Virus record (IMG/VR): IMGVR_UViG_3300045988_171829
Reading direction: 5' to 3' (one strand)
Source: a virus
Length of the DNA: 37,207 nucleotides
A model generated the notes under the pieces. That model was not told where the DNA came from. It did not search any database and saw only the letters and a list, made by a program, of their open reading frames with translations. How positions within the stretch are numbered: position 1 is the first letter of the stretch; the number at the start of each line of letters is the position of its first letter. Shown piece after piece: positions 12,643 through 19,696 of the stretch. The position numbers were made by a program, and so were the translations under genes.

Positions 12643-13866
12643 ATGGCAACAAACGTTAAAGCAGATTCAACAGTAATTAAAAGGGTAATTAAGGAAGCTA
12701 AATATGCTCAAATTGATAATGACTTAATAAACAATAGAGAATTATCATTTAAAGCTCTTGGTATTATGACTTATATATTATCTAAACCAGATGATTGGCA
12801 AATATATATATCAGATTTATGTAGAGATAAAGATGGTGAAAAAAGTGTAAGAGCTGGCCTAAATGAATTAAAAGATAAAAAGTATATTCAAAGATATAGA
12901 GTTTATGACATGGACACTGGTAAAGTTCATCACTGGGAAACTTTAGTTTCTGAAACTCCATTCGAAGATTCTGAAATAATTTCTTCAGTTAAAGAAAAAT
13001 ATTTTAAAGATTCAGAAGGTAAAATTATTAATAAAAAAATTAAAATAAAATCTTTTGAAAGAAGTGTTCCAATCGTTATAGAAAGAGAAGTTACACTACT
13101 TTCCCAAAAGGGTAAAATAGAAAATAAAAATAAAAATTTTCTACTTTCCCAAAACGTACAAGTAGAAAACCTACAAGTAGAAAACGCAGGACAACAAATA
13201 CTAAATTCTTTTACTAACACTAATTCTTTCACCAACACTGATATTAGTAATAATAGTAAGGGAGATAAATCTCCACAAGCTATTCGCTTTGAAGCTATTA
13301 TTGGTAAAACTTTAGGCAAAACAACTTTACCTAAATTTGAAGAACATATTAAAAACTTTAATGATGATCTAATTGAATCTATTTTGGTATATGCAGAAGA
13401 AACACATGCTAGGACTTATCAATGGTTTGAAGATAGGATTAATGAATGTATGAGAAAAGGGGTTGTTACAGGGGAACAATTCACTGCTGATGTTAATGCC
13501 TATAGAGAAAAACAAAGACAAGCTAAAAACAGAGCATTAAAAGAAAAAGATGAAAATAAAAATTTAGATAATGCAATTGAAGCAGCACAAGAAAGAGAGC
13601 TTAATGAAAGTATAAATAAAGGGATAGATATATCTTCTGGTGTTGAAATTGAAGAAGTAAAAGAAGTTATTAAAGAGTTTGTCAGTGATAGTGTATTTAA
13701 GGCATGGATAGCCCCTAATAAGTTTTTAAATGTTAATGATAGAATTGTAATGGCGTGTGTAAATAGGTTTAGTAAGGACGTAATAGAGAGAAGATACTAT
13801 AGTGAAATATGCACTGCATTAAAATCAAGTGGATTTGATAAAGAGTTTTTGTTAAGTGTGGATTAA
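12643..13866 (+). CDS. Plasmid-type replication initiator: wHTH + DnaD-like + DnaA-domain-I-like C-terminus
   Basis: The ATG at 12643 follows AAGGAGG (the track start at 12598 has no RBS). N-terminal winged-helix-like region (LSFKALGIMTYILSKPDDWQIY). Central DnaD-like region (LVYAEETHARTYQWFEDRI). The C-terminus VFKAWIAPNKFLNVNDRIVMACVNRFSKDVIERRYYSEI parallels DnaA domain I (SFETWMK...[22 protein letters not shown]). Confidence 0.7.
   Translation: MATNVKADSTVIKRVIKEAKYAQIDNDLINNRELSFKALGIMTYILSKPDDWQIYISDLCRDKDGEKSVRAGLNELKDKKYIQRYRVYDMDTGKVHHWETLVSETPFEDSEIISSVKEKYFKDSEGKIINKKIKIKSFERSVPIVIEREVTLLSQKGKIENKNKNFLLSQNVQVENLQVENAGQQILNSFTNTNSFTNTDISNNSKGDKSPQAIRFEAIIGKTLGKTTLPKFEEHIKNFNDDLIESILVYAEETHARTYQWFEDRINECMRKGVVTGEQFTADVNAYREKQRQAKNRALKEKDENKNLDNAIEAAQERELNESINKGIDISSGVEIEEVKEVIKEFVSDSVFKAWIAPNKFLNVNDRIVMACVNRFSKDVIERRYYSEICTALKSSGFDKEFLLSVD
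13096..13239. repeat. Cluster of three direct-repeat pairs inside rep (iteron-like)
   Basis: CTACTTTCCCAAAA at 13096-13109 and 13141-13154. TACAAGTAGAAAAC at 13157-13170 and 13172-13185. An 18-bp tandem AATTCTTT(T/C)AC(T/C)AACACT at 13204-13221 and 13222-13239. Confidence 0.8.
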
Positions 13867-13990
13867 TGTAAGCAAGTATAATAAACAATGCATAAAGCAT
13901 CAATTAACTATATATAAACAATATATGAACTAAAAATATAGATAAAGGATTGAAAATATAAAAAATAGTTGATTTATTGTTTAAATATGA

Positions 13991-14044
13991 TTGACATATA
14001 GTTAAGTAAAGAGTATTATATAAATATAAAGTTGATATATCAAC
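13991..14044 (+). promoter_or_regulatory. par promoter plus 14-bp palindrome (candidate ParR operator / parC core)
   Basis: TTGACA (13991-13996) - 17 nt - TATTAT (14014-14019). GTTGATATATCAAC at 14031-14044. Further GTTGAT/CAACAA half-sites at 13969 and 14041-14058. Confidence 0.55.
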
Positions 14045-14078
14045 AATATACCAACAAGTATTAAATGGAGGGGTAATT

Positions 14079-15008
14079 ATGAAGAAAAATTTAGCTGAAA
14101 TCCAAGTTATAGGACTAGATATCGGAAGGGGATATACAAAAGGATACAGTGAAGTAAATGGTATTTCTAAGCAATGTCTATTTAAGTCTATTATAGGTGA
14201 AGGAAGGAATATTGATTTTTCAGAGCAGGAATCACCAATAATGATAGAATTTGAAGGTGAGGATTGGTTTGTAGGATTACTTGCTGAAAAAGAAAGTCAA
14301 ACAATTGTGAGGAATAGTAAAGATAGTAAAATTAGCAGAGCAGTAAGAGTATTAATGGCAGCAGCGCTTAGTGAATTAGCTGTTGAAGAAAATGTAAAAA
14401 TAATGTTAGGAGTTCCTTATAAATCTTATAGAAAACTAGTATTAAATGAAGTAATTGAACAATATAAAGGAAAAACTATTCAAGTAAAAGATAAAATAAA
14501 TGGTGGCTTTAAAAGGATTAATATTGTAGATATAAGTATTTTTAGGGAAGGTGATGCAGCATTATATTGGCAATTAAGAAATAACCCTAATAATAATAAG
14601 CCTGTAGCATTAGCTAATATAGGATTTAGAACGACTGAATTATCATACTTTGACAAAGGTTTGATATTTAATGATAAGAAAAGTGATACTATAGAGTTTG
14701 GTAATCGTAGCATTATGAATAATGTTAAGGATAAATTATTAGAACAAAACATAATAAAAGATGTAAATGAGATTGATACAAGCACAGATTATGGTGAGCT
14801 TAAAAAGAAAGCTTATGCAATTGCAAGTGAAAATATAGAACAACAAATTGAAGATAAATGGATTAATTTAGATCAAAGTGAAATTGATATTTATATATCT
14901 GGAGGAACATCTTTAAATATGTCATTTGATGGAATATTTAAGAGAGTAGATGATCCACAAATGGCAACTGCAAAAGGGCTTTGGTTAGCTGGTTCTAGAC
15001 TATTTTAG
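14079..15008 (+). CDS. parM: ParM/Alp-family actin-like plasmid segregation ATPase
   Basis: N-terminal phosphate-1 motif IGLDIGRGYTKG, later ISGGTS, 309 aa. Followed immediately by a small RHH gene. Confidence 0.75.
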   Translation: MKKNLAEIQVIGLDIGRGYTKGYSEVNGISKQCLFKSIIGEGRNIDFSEQESPIMIEFEGEDWFVGLLAEKESQTIVRNSKDSKISRAVRVLMAAALSELAVEENVKIMLGVPYKSYRKLVLNEVIEQYKGKTIQVKDKINGGFKRINIVDISIFREGDAALYWQLRNNPNNNKPVALANIGFRTTELSYFDKGLIFNDKKSDTIEFGNRSIMNNVKDKLLEQNIIKDVNEIDTSTDYGELKKKAYAIASENIEQQIEDKWINLDQSEIDIYISGGTSLNMSFDGIFKRVDDPQMATAKGLWLAGSRLF

Positions 15009-15022
15009 TAGGAGTGATTTTG

Positions 15023-15277
15023 ATGAAAAAGACAACTAGTTTTCACTTAGAAGAAGATATATTAGAAGAAATTGAAAGTTACCAAAAAAAATACAATTTG
15101 AGTAGTAGAAATGTAGCTTTGGAAAGAATGTTATTGGAAAGAAGAACTATTATGACATTTCCTATAATGAATATAGCAAATAAATCCAATAATGATATAG
15201 TTGTAAATGATAATAAAAAAGAAGAAGATTTTATTTCTAAAAGTATGAAAAATACAATTATTTCTATGCCTGATTAA
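15023..15277 (+). CDS. parR: ParR-like ribbon-helix-helix centromere-binding adaptor
   Basis: The ATG at 15023 lies 8 nt after AGGAG (the track start at 15014 is a GTG). TSFHLEEDILEEIESYQKKYNLSSRNVALERMLLE fits a beta-alpha-alpha RHH pattern. Confidence 0.6.
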   Translation: MKKTTSFHLEEDILEEIESYQKKYNLSSRNVALERMLLERRTIMTFPIMNIANKSNNDIVVNDNKKEEDFISKSMKNTIISMPD

Positions 15278-15321
15278 AATTATTTTTGAATAGAAAAATA
15301 TATATTGGCAATAATAAAAAA

Positions 15322-15353
15322 AGAAAGGATAAACTTATTTAAGTATCCTTTCT
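15322..15353. terminator. Bidirectional terminator between convergent parR and the membrane-protein gene
   Basis: AGAAAGGATA (15322-15331) pairs with TATCCTTTCT (15344-15353). A-run upstream and T-rich sequence downstream. Confidence 0.65.
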
Positions 15354-15361
15354 AAAGAGTT

Positions 15362-15829
15362 TTAATTTAAAAGGTTTGTGATTGCACTTATATGCTCACT
15401 TGTTAAAGATGAAGACTTTAAATAGTGATAAATAGCATGGAAGTCATTCGCAAACTTTTTATTTTCTTCTCCTTCTAAATTACTTTCTAAAAAATTTCTA
15501 ATAGCTAAAACTTTACTTCTACTTAATTGTTTGTTTTCTAGTTTAGATCTTATTAATTCTTTTAGAAATAGAAGTTGTATTTCTTTATCAGACTTAGAAA
15601 AATTTAATGATATATTTTCATTTTTTATTTTATAGTTGTTTTTCTTTTCTTTTAGCTGATTTATGTAGTATAGTTCTGGCTTCATATGATTGCATGATAT
15701 TACTTCTTCTGCTGTATATTTTTTATAGGGAATATGTTTTCTAATACCTGTCCTGATTAGAGTAGGTAACATTAATATAACTGCTTTTATTAGCAGAGCT
15801 CCTATAAAGATGGTTAATAAGTTTGTCAT
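15362..15829 (-). CDS. Hypothetical N-terminally membrane-anchored protein (155 aa)
   Basis: LLTIFIGALLIKAVILMLPTLI is a transmembrane segment, followed by a helical Lys/Glu-rich domain. AGGAGTGA RBS. Confidence 0.6.
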   Translation of the reverse strand: MTNLLTIFIGALLIKAVILMLPTLIRTGIRKHIPYKKYTAEEVISCNHMKPELYYINQLKEKKNNYKIKNENISLNFSKSDKEIQLLFLKELIRSKLENKQLSRSKVLAIRNFLESNLEGEENKKFANDFHAIYHYLKSSSLTSEHISAITNLLN

Positions 15830-16108
15830 TTTATCATCACTCCTGTTTTTTTAAATTTCTTCTACCCTTACGGGATAATGCTCCTCCTTTCATACCTCAT
15901 GGTCGTGCCAATCGGTGAGCCTTTTGGCCCTTCTTCTATAGATTTACTAATAATGTTTTGTATAAATTTCATGGATGTTTTGTATAGGTGTTGTCTTTAG
16001 AGTTGAAGTTTTATATTATAATATATGCTTTTTTATTTGATTTAGTACAAGATATTGTATGTAAAAATATTACCCAACAAACTTATAGCTGTGAAGAAGT
16101 AATAGCCT

Positions 16109-16140
16109 AAAAGAAAACCCCCAATAAAAGATATTGAGGG
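16109..16140 (-). terminator. Intrinsic terminator of the FtsK-like/replication-relaxation operon
   Basis: CCCCCAATA (16118-16126) pairs with TATTGAGGG (16132-16140), 8/9 bp. Followed on the minus strand by TTTTCTTTT. Confidence 0.55.
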
Positions 16141-16146
16141 CGTGAG

Positions 16147-16728
16147 TTATGAGAATAAGTGAGTTGATAGATTATCATAATTTAAATCAGTATAGATGAT
16201 CTCGAAGTTCTTACTATTGTATCTTACACCAGGAGTTGGACGAGCAACTATTAGGATGGGAAATGTTCCCTCGCATTTAACTTCTAGTTCTTTATCTCTA
16301 TAAAGTTTTTCGTATAGCTGGAATTTAGTATTTTCCGTATAATGAGTATAATCAACTTCTAAAATAGTAAAATATTTATAACCATCTTTTTTGAATATTA
16401 CAAATGCATCAGCTCTTATTATTCCTTTAAGGTATTTTGGTTGCATTTTAACTTCTACTATTTCACAATCATTAGCTGCTAAAAATTTTAAGTAATCTAA
16501 TGTTATTAAATCATGGTCGCTTATCTTTTTATCTAATATAAAGACTTTTTCTTTACTATAGTTAGATTTATAACTTTTTACTAATCCCATTTTATTTTCA
16601 AGGTCAGATAATCTCCTTCTTGCATTTTCGTACGATTTATTAAAAAATAAATATTGAGCTTGTTTTATAGTTATTCCTCTATATTGTTCTATGTGTTTTA
16701 ATATTAGCTTATCTCTTTGCATTAACAT
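16147..16728 (-). CDS. Replication-relaxation-family-like protein (wHTH + possible nuclease-like C-domain)
   Basis: N-terminal LILKHIEQYRGITIKQAQYLFF...RRRLSDLE is winged-helix-like. The C-terminal ADAFV...ILEVDY pattern is nuclease-like. 7-nt overlap with the upstream ATPase gene. Confidence 0.55.
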   Translation of the reverse strand: MLMQRDKLILKHIEQYRGITIKQAQYLFFNKSYENARRRLSDLENKMGLVKSYKSNYSKEKVFILDKKISDHDLITLDYLKFLAANDCEIVEVKMQPKYLKGIIRADAFVIFKKDGYKYFTILEVDYTHYTENTKFQLYEKLYRDKELEVKCEGTFPILIVARPTPGVRYNSKNFEIIYTDLNYDNLSTHLFS

Positions 16729-18020
16729 TTAACTCTACCTTTCCTTTCATTTCTTTTACTTTCTTTTCTTTCATTCTTAGTTTCCTTTTCTGTTGCAGCT
16801 TCTAAGAAAATTACTTTATTTTTATCTAGATCTATTGGTGTGTGAGTAAACTTAACTTCTTCTACTTCTAATTTTTTTATTTTTTGTTGTGGTTTATGTG
16901 GTTTATTTGGAACTATAATTTCTTTTACATACTTTTGTAGTATTTCATAGTTTTCATCCATTGAAGGGACTTTCACCATATCTAGCCCTTGTGAACCAAA
17001 AATTAAACATTCTCTTTCTTTAAGCTTAACTGCACCTGAATCTTCTATTATATTTTCACTATCTCTTTTAGAACGCTGTCTTAATGTTATACAGCACATT
17101 TGTGATTTGACCTCACTATCAATATTTGCGACAGTACTTCTTTGGGTAACACTAAGGAAATGTACTCCTGCAGCTCTACCAGCTTTAACAATAGTTAATA
17201 TATTCGTCCAACATTTATTTTTTAATTGTTTAATTTCTTCATTATCGCTTTCTTTTGCTATAAAGAATGATATTTCTTCTATTACAAAGTAAATTCTTTT
17301 TAATTTATTTTTGTTATTTTTATTGTAATGACTTAAATTTTTATAGCCTTGTGAATTAAACTTGCGGCATCTTTCATCAACTTTTTTAGCTACTTTTTCT
17401 AGCATTATGCTTACTTCTTCTAAGGTATTACCAACAAACTTTACAGGTTTGCAATTAGAAAATTGACCTATTTCTCCTTTAATAATTTGACTTATATATA
17501 AATCTATACTGTTAGAATTGTTATATATCAAATTTGTTAATATTGAAGATAATAAGAATGTTTTCCCTGTTCCTGTCATTCCCCCTATAAGTATGTGTGG
17601 ATCCTTTTCTATATCTATAAAAAAATTTTTTTCACTAAAATTTTTACCTATAAAAATTAAATTGTTTGGTGATTTTACTGGAATAAAATCATAATTTTTT
17701 AATTCCTCATTTATTACTTCTATTTTAATTAAATCTGTGAATCTTATATCTTCTATTGTTATAATTCCTCTTAAGGAGCTTTCTAGGGAATCAATATGTT
17801 TTTCTAAATCTTTATAACTTTTACCTGCTGGAGATTTAACTGTTAATTCCACTCCATTTTTTATTGGCTTATTTTTTATAATTTTAAAATTAAGCTTTAA
17901 GTTGGCCATTGTTTTATTCCATCTGTAAGCAGTTATGTTTAATCTGTTTAATAAATAACTACTACCTTCTTTTGCTAAAATAACCCCACCAGTTATTAGG
18001 GATAAGCTAATTAAATCCAT
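16722..18020 (-). CDS. FtsK/SpoIIIE/TraB-type DNA translocase-like ATPase with N-terminal membrane anchor
   Basis: Hydrophobic N-terminus LISLSLITGGVILA. Walker A GGMTGTGKTFLL, Walker B YFVIEEISF. FtsK signature GRAAGVHFLSVTQRST...DSENII. Basic C-terminal tail. Confidence 0.8.
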   Translation of the reverse strand: MDLISLSLITGGVILAKEGSSYLLNRLNITAYRWNKTMANLKLNFKIIKNKPIKNGVELTVKSPAGKSYKDLEKHIDSLESSLRGIITIEDIRFTDLIKIEVINEELKNYDFIPVKSPNNLIFIGKNFSEKNFFIDIEKDPHILIGGMTGTGKTFLLSSILTNLIYNNSNSIDLYISQIIKGEIGQFSNCKPVKFVGNTLEEVSIMLEKVAKKVDERCRKFNSQGYKNLSHYNKNNKNKLKRIYFVIEEISFFIAKESDNEEIKQLKNKCWTNILTIVKAGRAAGVHFLSVTQRSTVANIDSEVKSQMCCITLRQRSKRDSENIIEDSGAVKLKERECLIFGSQGLDMVKVPSMDENYEILQKYVKEIIVPNKPHKPQQKIKKLEVEEVKFTHTPIDLDKNKVIFLEAATEKETKNERKESKRNERKGRVKC

Positions 18021-18115
18021 AAATACAACCTCTTAAAAAATATTTCATACTACATTTTATGCTACAGTTTAAAAATAATTACAGTTGGGAAAAATAAAAT
18101 TTGAGGTGATAATTT

Positions 18116-18523
18116 ATGATGGGTAGAACTCATATGGCTATTGGAGTTGCTGTAGCACTTCCAGTAATTAAATATTTAGATTTATCTTATGTTTCTATGG
18201 CTGGAGCTATTGTAGGTTCTGTGGCACCAGATTGGGATTTATATTTAGGAATAAAACATAGAACAATAACACATAGTTTATTGTTTTTATTAATAAGTAG
18301 TGTTTTAGTTGGAGTATTTAATATAGATATGGCTATATTGTGGTTTATAGCTTATGCACTACACCTTATTTCAGATAGTTTTACAAAGATGGGTGTACCT
18401 TTCTTTTATCCATTTGTTAAAAAAAAGTATGGAGCAAAGCTTATTTATGCTTCTGGAGCTGAAGATCTATTTATTTTATTAGTTGCCATCTATATAATTT
18501 CAGAAATGATAAAAATTAAATAA
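18116..18523 (+). CDS. YdjM/DUF457-like membrane-bound metal-dependent hydrolase
   Basis: GRTHMAIG...APDWD...HRTITHS...HLISDSFTKMGVPFFYPF with multiple transmembrane segments. Confidence 0.65.
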   Translation: MMGRTHMAIGVAVALPVIKYLDLSYVSMAGAIVGSVAPDWDLYLGIKHRTITHSLLFLLISSVLVGVFNIDMAILWFIAYALHLISDSFTKMGVPFFYPFVKKKYGAKLIYASGAEDLFILLVAIYIISEMIKIK

Positions 18524-18541
18524 ATTTAGTATTTAAAATAT

Positions 18542-18582
18542 AAAACTGCGTATTTTATCCTAAAAAACTGCGTGATTTATCC
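18542..18582. repeat. Two 19-nt direct repeats AAAACTGCGT(AT/GA)TTTATCC, with an inverted AAAACTGCG copy at 18670-18678
   Basis: 18542-18560 and 18564-18582 (17/19 identical, 22-bp period). CGCAGTTTT at 18670-18678. GAATTG also recurs at 18583 and 18663. Confidence 0.8.
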
Positions 18583-18710
18583 GAATTGCTATTAAATTAT
18601 AATGTTTGTTACTATTAAAGCTAGTAAACAAGCCATTCTTATAAAAAACTTCGCTTTTTCAGAATTGTGCGCAGTTTTATTTTTGCTTTAATAAATTAAT
18701 TATTAAACGT

Positions 18711-18751
18711 AAAAAAAATAAAAAAGGCTAGAGAATTTAATCTCTAGCCTT
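18711..18751 (-). terminator. Intrinsic terminator of the late/lysis operon
   Basis: AAGGCTAGAGA (18724-18734) pairs with TCTCTAGCCTT (18741-18751). A long T-run follows on the minus strand. Confidence 0.8.
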
Positions 18752-18756
18752 AATAA

Positions 18757-19644
18757 TTATAAATTTAATAATTTTCTCCAAGTATTTTGACCAACAATCC
18801 CATCTACTGAAAGTCCTCTAGTCTTTTGAAATTCTCTTACAGCAGAATGAGTTCCACTTCCAAAGATTCCATCTACGCCATTAGTAGAATATCCAAGCTT
18901 AACTAATTTCTCTTGAAGTAACTTAGTTATATTACCACTTGCACCTTTTCTCATAAGTGGGCACCCAGCTAATGTTGCTGGTCCAGCTATTCCATCAACA
19001 TTTTGTTTTGAAAATCCTTGGTTATTACATTCCTGTTGTAATCTTCTTACCCAATCATCACCTTTAATTGTTGCAGTAGATTGAGTTTGAGATGTAGATG
19101 ATGTATTTGTATCTACTGCTGGAGAACTAGATATATGATTATCTAATGCATCTACTATAGCCTTTGCAATTGCTTTATATCCAACTTGAAGATACTTATT
19201 TGCATCTTCTGTATCTACAAAACAAACTTCTATAAGCATAGATTTAGCTATAGTCTTTCTAATTACATAAAGTCCTGTACCAGCTTTAACACCTCTATTA
19301 TTAAATCCTAATGCAGCTATATTATTACAAACATCAATAGCATCTTGGTATTGTCTACCTTCATAAGTATAAACTTCTACACCTTTACCACCACCAGCAT
19401 TGAAGTGAATTGCAATAAACCAGTCTAAATCTTCTCTATTAGCTTGTTGTACTACTAAAGATAAACTTTCTGATGTAGTAGGAGCATAATCTACAGTGCA
19501 ATTATAAATTGTATTTCCTCTTTCCTTTAATAATCTTCTTACTTCTTCTCCAACTAATCTAGTATGTTCTCCTTCTTTTATAATTCCCACTGCTCCTGTT
19601 CCAGCTCCACTTAATGTATGTCCATCATTTACTCCGATTTTCAT
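18757..19644 (-). CDS. Endolysin: N-acetylmuramoyl-L-alanine amidase (Amidase_3-like) + two PG_binding_1-like repeats
   Basis: MKIGVNDGHT...IAIHFNAG...VCFVD fits the amidase. C-terminal DGIAGPATL and DGIFGSGTHSAVREFQ...DGIVGQNTW repeats. Confidence 0.9.
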   Translation of the reverse strand: MKIGVNDGHTLSGAGTGAVGIIKEGEHTRLVGEEVRRLLKERGNTIYNCTVDYAPTTSESLSLVVQQANREDLDWFIAIHFNAGGGKGVEVYTYEGRQYQDAIDVCNNIAALGFNNRGVKAGTGLYVIRKTIAKSMLIEVCFVDTEDANKYLQVGYKAIAKAIVDALDNHISSSPAVDTNTSSTSQTQSTATIKGDDWVRRLQQECNNQGFSKQNVDGIAGPATLAGCPLMRKGASGNITKLLQEKLVKLGYSTNGVDGIFGSGTHSAVREFQKTRGLSVDGIVGQNTWRKLLNL

Positions 19645-19696
19645 TTTTACATTCCTTCTTTCTTTAATATATTTTTATAAATTAAAAGAACAGGAT

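Noticed and set aside
12930-13319. 129-aa minus-strand ORF inside rep, and 14480-14785 inside parM
   Set aside because: Antisense to well-supported plus-strand genes. No RBS and hydrophobic low-complexity translation.
15864-15930. GC-rich leader as a known riboswitch class, or as a tRNA-derived attP core
   Set aside because: I could not align it to consensus cores I know (c-di-GMP I/II, fluoride, ZTP, guanidine I-III, preQ1). It also lacks a T-arm/acceptor GGTTCGA...CCA signature. It is kept only as an unclassified structured region in the findings.
15878-16000. 40-codon hydrophobic plus-strand ORF (MLLLSYLMVVPIGEPFGPSS...) in the GC-rich spacer, as a possible type I toxin
   Set aside because: No Shine-Dalgarno sequence before the ATG, no obvious promoter or antisense partner, and it could not be supported beyond hydrophobicity.
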